In this document: piece by piece, positions 8,558 through 16,187 of the stretch
Position numbering within the stretch: the stretch's first letter is position 1
How the letters are laid out: each line of letters begins with the position of its first letter
DNA from: Bacteroidota bacterium
GTDB lineage: Bacteria > Bacteroidota > Bacteroidia > Flavobacteriales > Schleiferiaceae
Length of the DNA stretch: 34,534 bases
Direction of reading: 5' to 3'
Assembly (NCBI GenBank): GCA_005786915.1
Contig: SYCM01000094.1
Span: 1 to 34,534, forward strand
Translations under genes and position numbers: made by a program
Notes under the pieces: generated by a model
Told to the model about the DNA's origin: nothing
What the model saw: only the letters and a program-made list of their open reading frames with translations
Databases searched by the model: none

Positions 8558-8935
8558 ATGAACTCCAAAGCATCTAAGTTTTGCTTGAACTGCGGCCTTC
8601 CTGTTTTTGGCCGAGCTGACAAGAAATATTGCGATGATCACTGCCGAAACGACTTTCACAACAGCCAGGCAGTAACCAACTCTCGATTGACCCGCGCCGC
8701 GCACCGCAACCTCCGCCGCAACTACGAAATCCTCTCGGGCGTCGTAGAGGCGGGCATTAGCGAAATCGCCAAAGATGAGCTGCTCGTTTACGGATTTGCT
8801 TCCAAATCGGTCACCGAATTGGAACTTCGAGAAGACGGTACGATGATTTACGGCATTTACGACATCCACTACTTTGAAAAGGGAAACCGGATGATCGAAG
8901 TGTACCGCAAGTCCGATCTGCCGCAATATTGGTAG
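8558..8935 (+). CDS. Hypothetical protein with N-terminal CxxC...CxxHC zinc-ribbon-like motif
   Basis: 125-aa ORF (FCLNCGLPVFGRADKKYCDDHCRNDFHN). By eye its GC content is lower than in the flanking genes (about 47-50% against about 62%). I recognise no family. Confidence 0.55.
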   Translation: MNSKASKFCLNCGLPVFGRADKKYCDDHCRNDFHNSQAVTNSRLTRAAHRNLRRNYEILSGVVEAGISEIAKDELLVYGFASKSVTELELREDGTMIYGIYDIHYFEKGNRMIEVYRKSDLPQYW

Positions 8936-8955
8936 GTCGGCCTACCTTTGGCGCT

Positions 8956-10188
8956 ATGTCAGAGTGCATGGTCGTTGTAGGGGGTGGGGCTGCCGGTTTT
9001 TTCGCAGCCATTGCGGCGGCAGAAGCCAACCCTGAAGCGCGAGTGGTGCTGCTTGAGAAATCGGCCCAGTTCCTGGGCAAGGTTCGCATTTCAGGCGGCG
9101 GAAGGTGCAACGTGACCCATGCTTGCTTCGATCCGCGCGACTTGATCGAGTTTTACCCAAGGGGCGGGCAGGAATTGCTTGGCCCCTTTACTCGTTTTGC
9201 CTGTGGCGACACCATGGAGTGGTTTGAAGACCGCGGCGTCTCCCTAAAGGTCGAAGAGGACGGCCGGGTTTTTCCAGTCAGTGACGATTCAGAGACCGTC
9301 ATCGACTGCTTGATATCCATGGCAGAAGCCGCCGGAGTGCGGCGCGTCCTTCAATCAGGTCTGAAGCACCTCGAGCGGGGCATTGAAGATTCGTGGATTC
9401 TCACGCTGGAGAACTCGAGCTCGCTGGAGGCCGATCGGGTGCTTTTTGCCCCTGGGGCGAGCAAAAAAGTGTGGGACTTGTTGTCGGACTTGGGGCACCG
9501 CGTCGTGCCGCCAGTTCCGTCGCTGTTTACCTTCAACATTCGCGATGCGCGAATTGCGGAGCTTTCGGGGGTCTCGGTTCCCCATGTGCGCGTCACGCTT
9601 CCGGTGGGCGGATTGGAGACCGAGGGTCCGCTGCTCATTACCCACTGGGGGCTAAGTGGACCGGCTGTGCTTAAAATGAGTGCTTTTGGAGCGCGCTGGA
9701 TGGCGGAACAGGACCACCGATTTACGATTTACGTGAATTGGATTCCGCAGTACGAGACCGAAGACCTTTTGGACGCCCTGAATGCCCTGCGCAAAGACGC
9801 CGGTCACCAGCGCAAGCGCGTGCTTTCCAATGCTTTGTTCGGAATTCCTCTGCGTTTGTGGCGCAATTTGGGTGCCTACGCGCGGATTCCCGACACCGCA
9901 AACTGGTCCGACCTAAGCAAGCCCCAGTTGCGCAGGTGGGCTGAAGTGCTTACCGAGTCCGCTTTTTCAGTGGTTGGCAAGTCGACGTATAAAGATGAAT
10001 TCGTTACGGCGGGGGGCGTTGCCCTTAACGAGGTGTCGTTTTCTACCATGGAAAGCCGAATTTGTCCCGGCATCTACTTTGCGGGAGAAGTGCTGGACAT
10101 CGACGCGCTGACGGGCGGATTTAATTTCCAGGCGGCCTGGACCACGGGGTGGATCGCAGGCCACGCTATGGCGGGTTCCCCGATCTAA
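8956..10188 (+). CDS. HI0933/BaiN-like NAD(P)/FAD-dependent oxidoreductase
   Basis: Start chosen at the ATG at 8956 (MSECMVVVGGGAAGFFAAIAAAE, a dinucleotide-binding GGGAAG motif). Family blocks are ISGGGRCNVTH, ITHWGLSGPAVLK and FAGEVLDIDALTGGFNFQAAW. Confidence 0.85.
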   Translation: MSECMVVVGGGAAGFFAAIAAAEANPEARVVLLEKSAQFLGKVRISGGGRCNVTHACFDPRDLIEFYPRGGQELLGPFTRFACGDTMEWFEDRGVSLKVEEDGRVFPVSDDSETVIDCLISMAEAAGVRRVLQSGLKHLERGIEDSWILTLENSSSLEADRVLFAPGASKKVWDLLSDLGHRVVPPVPSLFTFNIRDARIAELSGVSVPHVRVTLPVGGLETEGPLLITHWGLSGPAVLKMSAFGARWMAEQDHRFTIYVNWIPQYETEDLLDALNALRKDAGHQRKRVLSNALFGIPLRLWRNLGAYARIPDTANWSDLSKPQLRRWAEVLTESAFSVVGKSTYKDEFVTAGGVALNEVSFSTMESRICPGIYFAGEVLDIDALTGGFNFQAAWTTGWIAGHAMAGSPI

Positions 10189-10194
10189 AAAAAA

Positions 10195-10226
10195 TTTGCG
10201 CAAATCAATATTGCTAACTATATTAG
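10195..10226 (+). promoter_or_regulatory. Putative promoter of the repressor/polymerase cassette (-33 TTTG at 10195-10198, -7 TATATTAG at 10219-10226)
   Basis: The spacing between the two elements is 20 nt, which fits the established Bacteroidetes sigma-A consensus TTTG-N19-21-TAnnTTTG with one mismatch in the -7 box. An alternative pair is TTG 10211-10213 with TAATTTTA 10232-10239, which would give a nearly leaderless mRNA. Confidence 0.45.
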
Positions 10227-10228
10227 CA
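10212..10228. promoter_or_regulatory. Candidate operator O1: perfect palindrome TGCTAA-N5-TTAGCA
   Basis: Read directly from the sequence as TGCTAACTATATTAGCA. It overlaps the predicted -7 box and ends 17 nt upstream of the repressor ATG (10245). Confidence 0.55.
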
Positions 10229-10243
10229 TACTAATTTTAGCAA
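10229..10243. promoter_or_regulatory. Candidate operator O2: imperfect palindrome TACTAA-N2-TTAGCAA
   Basis: It directly abuts O1. TTAGCAA (10237-10243) is also the exact inverse of TTGCTAA (10211-10217). The region therefore holds four alternating CTAA/TTAG half-sites. Confidence 0.4.
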
Positions 10244-10244
10244 C

Positions 10245-11024
10245 ATGGCACTCGCGGAACAAATTAAAAACTACCGAAAGGCAAAGGCTTGGACCCAGAC
10301 TCAGCTCGCCAAACGCCTTGGGCTCAGCCGAGCTCAAGTGGGATCCTATGAAGAAGGTCGGGCGGAACCCAAGCTCGATTCGCTAAAAGCGATGGCGCAA
10401 CTCTTCGGGTGCAGTATTGACACCCTAGTTTCGGGCGATGCGCGGAGCGCGCACGAGCTTTCGGGGCAGCGGATGCGCGTACTGACCGTGGCCGTCGATC
10501 CCAAATCAGGGCGCGAGCGCGTCACCGTAGTTCCAGTTAAGGCTGCTGCAGGCTATTTGGGCGGCTACGGAGATCTTGATTTTATTGAAGCGCTTCCGCA
10601 GTTTGCCCTTCCGCTTCCGGAGTTTGCCCAGGAAGAAACCCGCAGGGTCTTTCAAATTCAAGGAGACAGCATGCTTCCCGTGGTTTCGGGGTCCTACGTG
10701 ATTTCGAGCTATGTTCAGGACTGGCGAAGCATCAAAACCAACGATCTCTACGTGTTCCTCACGCAGGAGCAGGGCGTGGTGTTTAAACGCGCCATCAACC
10801 GAATCGCTGAGTCGGGCTACATAGACCTGGTTTCGGACAATCCCATCTACGCCCCGTACTCCGTCCACGTAGACGACCTGATTGAAGTATGGAAGGTCCA
10901 GGGATTTATACAGCTAGACGTGAATGCCAAGCCCAGCATGGATCAAGTTATTCTCGCTCGCTTAGAGCACTTGCAGGGCGAAGTGCACGCGCTTCGCCGT
11001 TCGCTTAACCAGCATGTTGCCTGA
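10245..11024 (+). CDS. LexA/CI-like self-cleaving repressor (XRE-family HTH plus S24 peptidase domain)
   Basis: 259-aa ORF with an N-terminal Cro/C1 HTH (WTQTQLAKRLGLSRAQVGSYEEGRAEP). It has an Ala-Gly cleavage-site candidate (PVKAAAGY), a catalytic Ser in QGDSMLP and a Lys in VVFKRA about 39 residues later, as in LexA (S119/K156). It sits immediately upstream of the polymerases. Confidence 0.85.
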   Translation: MALAEQIKNYRKAKAWTQTQLAKRLGLSRAQVGSYEEGRAEPKLDSLKAMAQLFGCSIDTLVSGDARSAHELSGQRMRVLTVAVDPKSGRERVTVVPVKAAAGYLGGYGDLDFIEALPQFALPLPEFAQEETRRVFQIQGDSMLPVVSGSYVISSYVQDWRSIKTNDLYVFLTQEQGVVFKRAINRIAESGYIDLVSDNPIYAPYSVHVDDLIEVWKVQGFIQLDVNAKPSMDQVILARLEHLQGEVHALRRSLNQHVA

Positions 11025-11030
11025 TGCGTG

Positions 11031-12242
11031 ATGGATCGGGTGGTGCTCCACATGGACCTCGACAGCTTCTTTGTGTCGGTGGAACGCCTAATGGACCGGC
11101 GCCTCCATGGAATTCCGGTTTTGGTTGGTGGCCTGAGTGATCGGGGAGTGGTAGCGGCGTGCAGCTACGAAGCCCGGCAAACAGGCGTTCGGTCGGGAAT
11201 GCCCATGCGAATGGCTCGGGACCTCTGCCCAGAAGCGGTAGTCGTGCGGGGCAATTCCATGGAGTACACCAAGCACTCAAAGGTGGTCACCGACATCGTT
11301 CATCAAGCCGTGCCCGTGCTCGAGAAAGCATCTATTGATGAGTTTTACGCAGACCTGAGCGGCATGGACCGCTTTTTTGGGACGTACCAATTTGCCCAAG
11401 AACTGCGCGATCAAGTGATCCGGGAGTCTGGCCTGCCTATTTCCTTCGGGCTCTCTACCAGCAAAACCGTAGCCAAGGTGGCCACTGGAGAAGCTAAGCC
11501 CAACAACCACCGGCACGTGCCCCGGGGTATTGAGCGCCCGTTCATGGCGCCGCTTTCGGTTCGAAAAATACCCATGGTAGGAGAAAAAACCTACCAAACC
11601 CTTCGGGTTCTTGGTGTTCAGCGCATTGCAACGCTGCAAGAAATGCCGGCCGAGATGCTCTACCAGGTGCTGGGGAAGCCCGGACTGGAGCTTTGGAACA
11701 AGGCTCAAGGGGTCGACGACCGTCCGGTTAAGCCCTACAGCGAGCGAAAATCCATTTCTACCGAGCGGACGTTTGAGCAGGACACCTTAGATGAGGTCAA
11801 GCTTCGCGGAATGCTTCTGGCCATGGCCGAAAACCTAGCCTTTCAGTTGCGGCGCGGCCACCGTTTAACCAGCAATGTCGCCGTCCGCATTCGATACGCC
11901 GACTTTCAGACGGTTTCAAGGCAGCGCCAAATTCCCTACACTGCCTCAGACGAAGTGCTGCTTGAGGCGATAGAAGGCTTGTTTCGCCAGCTTCACGACC
12001 GGAGGCAGCGGGTGCGGCTTATCGGCGTGCGCTACAGCGGACTCGTTGGGGGAGGGGAGCAGTTCGGACTATTTGAGGTAGACGACCGCGGGCACCGACT
12101 TAGCGAAGCCATGGACCTCATTCGGTCCCGATACGGAGATCGATCGGTTGTCCGCGCGTTTGGAATGGCGGCCCAAACCATCGGGCGATCGAATCCTTTT
12201 AATGGCGATCCACCGCCGCTTTTAGCCAATCGTAAGCAGTAA
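11031..12242 (+). CDS. dinB: Y-family DNA polymerase IV (DinB type, catalytic residues intact)
   Basis: The track ORF starts at the GTG at 11028; the ATG at 11031 was chosen. It has LHMDLDSFFVSVE (catalytic Asp pair), SIDEFYADL (Asp-Glu) and a little-finger region. QFGLF near residue 345 is a candidate beta-clamp-binding motif. Only 6 nt separate its start from the repressor stop. Confidence 0.9.
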   Translation: MDRVVLHMDLDSFFVSVERLMDRRLHGIPVLVGGLSDRGVVAACSYEARQTGVRSGMPMRMARDLCPEAVVVRGNSMEYTKHSKVVTDIVHQAVPVLEKASIDEFYADLSGMDRFFGTYQFAQELRDQVIRESGLPISFGLSTSKTVAKVATGEAKPNNHRHVPRGIERPFMAPLSVRKIPMVGEKTYQTLRVLGVQRIATLQEMPAEMLYQVLGKPGLELWNKAQGVDDRPVKPYSERKSISTERTFEQDTLDEVKLRGMLLAMAENLAFQLRRGHRLTSNVAVRIRYADFQTVSRQRQIPYTASDEVLLEAIEGLFRQLHDRRQRVRLIGVRYSGLVGGGEQFGLFEVDDRGHRLSEAMDLIRSRYGDRSVVRAFGMAAQTIGRSNPFNGDPPPLLANRKQ

Positions 12243-12334
12243 ATTGAGGCGATAGTATTTTTCTATTGTTGTTTTCAAAAGTCTTAAATTCAGATCTTTA
12301 GATTATAATTTTTAAAGTATTAAATTAATTAAAT

Positions 12335-13114
12335 ATGTGCGGACGCTACGTTCAGGTTTCCAAGCTCGAAGTACTCGAGAAGCGCTTCGAAGCAGAAGCA
12401 ACGCAACCCGAATGGTGGCAGCCCAACGCCAATGTGGCCCCTGGAACCCGGGCACCCATAATCACCTCAGATGCCCCAAAGTCGATTCAGTGGTACCAGT
12501 TTGGCTTTCGCCCGAGCTGGGGAACGGCCCAAATGATGTTCCTCAACGCACGCGCTGAGGGCGACCACAACCCCGAGAACGACCCCGGGTACCGAGGAGC
12601 CAAGGGAATCATCCAAAAACCAAGCTTTCGAAAAGCCATTCGAAGCCAGCGCTGCCTCGTGCTGGCTGACGCGTTTATCGAGGGACCCTTTGATCGAAAA
12701 CTCAGCGAGCCCTACCTCGTCTACCTCAAAGGCAAGGAACGGCCGTTTGCCATGGCTGGGGTGTTGGACGCCTGGGTCGACCCCGACACGCAGCGCCCGA
12801 CGTACTCGTTTGCAATCATCACCACGACGGCCAACGAGGTGCTTCAGCACATTCGGCATCCGCGCTCGCCCGTCATCCTGCCGCGCTCGGCGGAGTCCGC
12901 TTGGTTGTCGCCCGACACGCCCCTCGCTGAAATTACCGACTTGCTTGCCCCATGGCCTTCAGAGGGCATGAATGCATACCCCATTAGTCCCGCAATTAAG
13001 CGCCCTTCGGCGCAGGGGCTGGAGTTGCTTCAGCCCATTGGGCCGCGCGTAATGCCTGAAGAAGAGCTCCGCCTCACCAGCCATATTGAGCTGCAGGGCG
13101 CCAAACCTCGTTAA
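12335..13114 (+). CDS. SOS response-associated peptidase (SRAP; YedK/HMCES family abasic-site processing protein)
   Basis: 259-aa ORF beginning MCGRY (catalytic Cys2). NARAE, LADAFIEG (Glu) and IRHPRSPVILP (His) match the conserved SRAP active-site positions. Confidence 0.9.
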   Translation: MCGRYVQVSKLEVLEKRFEAEATQPEWWQPNANVAPGTRAPIITSDAPKSIQWYQFGFRPSWGTAQMMFLNARAEGDHNPENDPGYRGAKGIIQKPSFRKAIRSQRCLVLADAFIEGPFDRKLSEPYLVYLKGKERPFAMAGVLDAWVDPDTQRPTYSFAIITTTANEVLQHIRHPRSPVILPRSAESAWLSPDTPLAEITDLLAPWPSEGMNAYPISPAIKRPSAQGLELLQPIGPRVMPEEELRLTSHIELQGAKPR

Positions 13115-13145
13115 ATGCCGGAGCGTGCGCATTACCCATACCGCT

Positions 13146-16100
13146 ATGAGCATGCACTTCGGGCTGTATGCCCCCGAAGACGTACTTCGCTTTGCCGAGC
13201 AATGGGGCGGCGGAACCCGGCTCATCGCCGCTGAGGTCAACAGCTCAGGCGGATGGCTGCCGCTCCTTCGCCAGGCGCAGATTCCGCTTCAGCCGGCGGT
13301 CGATTGGCGAGCGGGCGGACTCCGTACCGCAGTCTTTTTACCGCGATCTATGGACGCCTACCGCTTTCTGATGCAGTGGGTGAGCGAGATGCGGTTGACG
13401 AATCGAGTAGGGGACTGCGGCGACTGGTTGCGCGGACCGCTGCATCCCGACGTCGACGTGGTTTTTCCGATCCAGCGGGCGCCGCAGCGCCCGCTGGGGC
13501 CGCGCGAATGGTTGGGCGTGCACGACCACGAACAGCTCCGGGCGCAACGGCACCCACAACCCGAGCGAGCGCTGGCATGGAAAACCTGCGTATTTGCCCG
13601 CCCTGAAGACCCCGAATTGCACCGGGTCCTTCGGGCGATCCACCGAAACGGAACCCTGGCCAACCTTCCAGTGCACGAAGTCCTCGAGGAGCGCGACCCA
13701 TGGTGGGAGTCCGCAGAACGCACCCAGCAGCGCTTCGAGCCCTGGATTTGGCGGCAAACAGAGCGCTTCCTTGCGGAACTTCCCGACTGGAACCTTGCAC
13801 AATGGCGTGGGAACGGGAACCAAAACCAAGCAACCTACACCGGGCGGCGCAGCAAGGACCGAGCTCTGCTCCGCATGCTGTGCGAAGACGCGCTCCCCGA
13901 GCGCTACCCCGGGCGCGACCGCGACCCCGTCCTAAAGGCACGGCTCGAAAAGGAACTCAAGCTCATCGAGCAGAAGGACTTCGTCGCGTACTTCCTGCTG
14001 AACTGGGACGTGGTCCGCTACGCCCAAAAGCAGCATTTTTTTTACGTAGGGCGGGGGAGCGGAGCCAACTCCATGGTAGCCTATCTTCTTAAAATTACGA
14101 ACGTTGACCCTATTGAATTAGATCTTTACTTTGAGCGATTCATCAACCTCTACCGCAGCGCTCCACCGGACTTTGACCTCGACTTTTCGTGGCGCGACCG
14201 GCCACGGCTAACCGAATACCTGTTTACCCGCTTTCCGCACACCGCGCTGCTTGGCGCCGTCAGTACGTTCCAGCACCGCGCGGTCGTTCGCGAACTCGGC
14301 AAAGTATGGGGGCTTCCCAAGTCAGACATCGACGAATTAGCCGACGGAAAACTCCGCGACCGCGACGAAACGGCTCGGGCCATCCTGCGCTACGGCCGCT
14401 ACCTGCACGGGCTCCCCAACCGCATGACCTTGCACTCGAGCGGAATTCTCGTCGCCAACGCCCCACTCACCACTTGGTCGACCACCTTCATGCCGCCCAA
14501 AGGCTTTACTACGGTCGACATGGACATGCACACCGCCGAAGACGTCGGGCTGCACAAATTCGATATTTTGGGCCAGCGCGGACTGAGTAAAATTTCAGAA
14601 ACCCTAGCCACACTGCATCGAGCGGGCATTCCCACCGCCGACATTCACGACAGCCAGCGCTTCAAACAGGATCCGCACTGCCTCGAACTGCTGCGCAACG
14701 GAGGCGCCATGGGCTGTTTTTATGTCGAATCGCCGGCCATGCGCATGCTCATGACCAAGCTTCAAACCTCGAACTACCTCGAGTTGGTCGCCGCCAGCTC
14801 TGTCATTCGCCCCGGCGTCTCGTCGTCGGGCATGATGAAAGCCTACATCGACCGGCACCGCAGTCCGGAACTCCGCGCGCAGGCAAACCCCGACCTGCTG
14901 CGCATCCTGCCGGAGACCTACGGCGTTATGGTCTACCAAGAAGACGTAATCCGCGTGGCGCACGAATACGCGGGGCTGAGCTTGGCCGAAGCCGACGTGC
15001 TTCGCCGCGGAATGTCCGGAAAATTCCGCTCCCGCGCCGAATTTCAGCAGGTAGCGCAGCAGTTTTTTGCCAACTGCGCCGAGCGCGGACACTCTTCTGA
15101 AGCCGCCCGCGAAGTGTGGCGCCAAATCGAAAGCTTTGCCGGCTACGCCTTTGCCAAAGGACACTCCGCGTCGTATGCCGTGGAAAGCTTCCAAAGCCTC
15201 TACTTGAAAGCCTACTTCCCCGTGCCGTTCATGGTTGCCAACGTCAACAACGGCGGGGGCTACTACCGGGCTGAGCACTACCTCAACGAGGCGCGCCGGC
15301 ACGGAGCGCGCATCGAACCGCCTTGCGTGAACGACGGGCGAACGTTTACGGTGCTGCAGCCCAGCCTCCGGGTGGTTCTCGGAACCGACCGCATCCGCAG
15401 CTTTGACGCCGAATTTGGCCGGCGAATTGACCGCGCCCGGCAGGAGGGAGGTCCCTTCACCGACCTCGACAACTTCATCGACCGACTGCACCAGCCGGGA
15501 GCGCCCGTCGCCCTCGACTCGCTGCTGCTCCTGATCCGGGCTGAAGCTTTTCGCTTCACGGGCCGCTCCATGCGCACGCTTCTTTGGGCGGCCCACCGGC
15601 GCCTGGGCCACCGCCCGCCGCCGGCGCCCGGCCCCAGCCTGTTCGACGAAGGCGAAGCGCCCAAGTCGACCCTGAACGAAGTCCCTTTACTGAAAACCAG
15701 TGAATTAGAGCGAGCCTACGAGCAAATCGAGCTTTTTGGATTTCCGCTTTGCGATCCGTTTTGGTTATTCCAACTTCCTGAAATTCAATCCTCAATTGAC
15801 CCCGAGAACTGGGCGAAGCACCACGGAACCTCCATCGAGACCCTGGGCTACCTCGTAAGCCTCAAAAACACCAAAACGCAACGCGGCGACTGGATGCAAA
15901 TCGGAACTTTTGAGGACCGCCGCGGCGTTGTATTCGACGTGGTCCTTTTTCCGCCCGCCGTGGCGCGCCACGCCATACGCCGCCGCGGGATTTACTTGAT
16001 GCGCGGTCGAATTTCGGTCGAATACGGCTACGCCAGCCTTGACGTCCAGTACCTGGAGCGCGCAGCCGCCAAATTGGATCCGCGGTTTGACGAGACGCCT

Positions 16101-16187
16101 GCACACCTGATGCCGGTGGCCACGCGGTCAGGCCGCGGCATGACGGTGGGACGAAATCCGATTAAATCGCTGCTCCGCGGTTCCTAA
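13146..16187 (+). CDS. dnaE2: Error-prone DNA polymerase DnaE2 (ImuC), C-family alpha-subunit paralog
   Basis: The track ORF starts at 13086; the ATG at 13146 (MSMHFGLYAPED...) was chosen because it lies after the SRAP stop. Core pol III alpha blocks are VGRGSGANSMVAYLLKITNVDP, PPDFDLDFSWRDR, KFDILGQRGLS, CFYVESPAMRML, SVIRPG and VYQEDVIRVA. The length of about 1013 aa is typical of DnaE2. Confidence 0.9.
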   Translation: MSMHFGLYAPEDVLRFAEQWGGGTRLIAAEVNSSGGWLPLLRQAQIPLQPAVDWRAGGLRTAVFLPRSMDAYRFLMQWVSEMRLTNRVGDCGDWLRGPLHPDVDVVFPIQRAPQRPLGPREWLGVHDHEQLRAQRHPQPERALAWKTCVFARPEDPELHRVLRAIHRNGTLANLPVHEVLEERDPWWESAERTQQRFEPWIWRQTERFLAELPDWNLAQWRGNGNQNQATYTGRRSKDRALLRMLCEDALPERYPGRDRDPVLKARLEKELKLIEQKDFVAYFLLNWDVVRYAQKQHFFYVGRGSGANSMVAYLLKITNVDPIELDLYFERFINLYRSAPPDFDLDFSWRDRPRLTEYLFTRFPHTALLGAVSTFQHRAVVRELGKVWGLPKSDIDELADGKLRDRDETARAILRYGRYLHGLPNRMTLHSSGILVANAPLTTWSTTFMPPKGFTTVDMDMHTAEDVGLHKFDILGQRGLSKISETLATLHRAGIPTADIHDSQRFKQDPHCLELLRNGGAMGCFYVESPAMRMLMTKLQTSNYLELVAASSVIRPGVSSSGMMKAYIDRHRSPELRAQANPDLLRILPETYGVMVYQEDVIRVAHEYAGLSLAEADVLRRGMSGKFRSRAEFQQVAQQFFANCAERGHSSEAAREVWRQIESFAGYAFAKGHSASYAVESFQSLYLKAYFPVPFMVANVNNGGGYYRAEHYLNEARRHGARIEPPCVNDGRTFTVLQPSLRVVLGTDRIRSFDAEFGRRIDRARQEGGPFTDLDNFIDRLHQPGAPVALDSLLLLIRAEAFRFTGRSMRTLLWAAHRRLGHRPPPAPGPSLFDEGEAPKSTLNEVPLLKTSELERAYEQIELFGFPLCDPFWLFQLPEIQSSIDPENWAKHHGTSIETLGYLVSLKNTKTQRGDWMQIGTFEDRRGVVFDVVLFPPAVARHAIRRRGIYLMRGRISVEYGYASLDVQYLERAAAKLDPRFDETPAHLMPVATRSGRGMTVGRNPIKSLLRGS

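Noticed and set aside
10245-11024. Possibility that the XRE/S24 protein is a prophage CI repressor marking an integrated phage
   Set aside because: No integrase, excisionase, Cro-like divergent gene, or structural or lysis genes are nearby. Its immediate same-strand neighbours are translesion polymerases, which fits a cellular SOS-like regulator better.
11031-12242. Calling the Y-family protein ImuB, as expected next to dnaE2
   Set aside because: ImuB proteins lack the catalytic acidic residues. This ORF retains the DLD and SIDE motifs, so it is called DinB-type. A proper alignment is still needed.
14036-14043. T8 homopolymer inside dnaE2 as a possible slippage or phase-variation switch
   Set aside because: It simply encodes Phe-Phe within the HFFYVGRGSG block. 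Eight nucleotides is marginal for phase variation and the reading frame is intact.
14604-15611. 335-aa minus-strand ORF inside dnaE2, and smaller nested ORFs across 13168-16106
   Set aside because: The composition is Arg/Ala/Gly-rich with no motifs, and the ORFs are fully nested antisense in a gene with unmistakable pol III alpha blocks.
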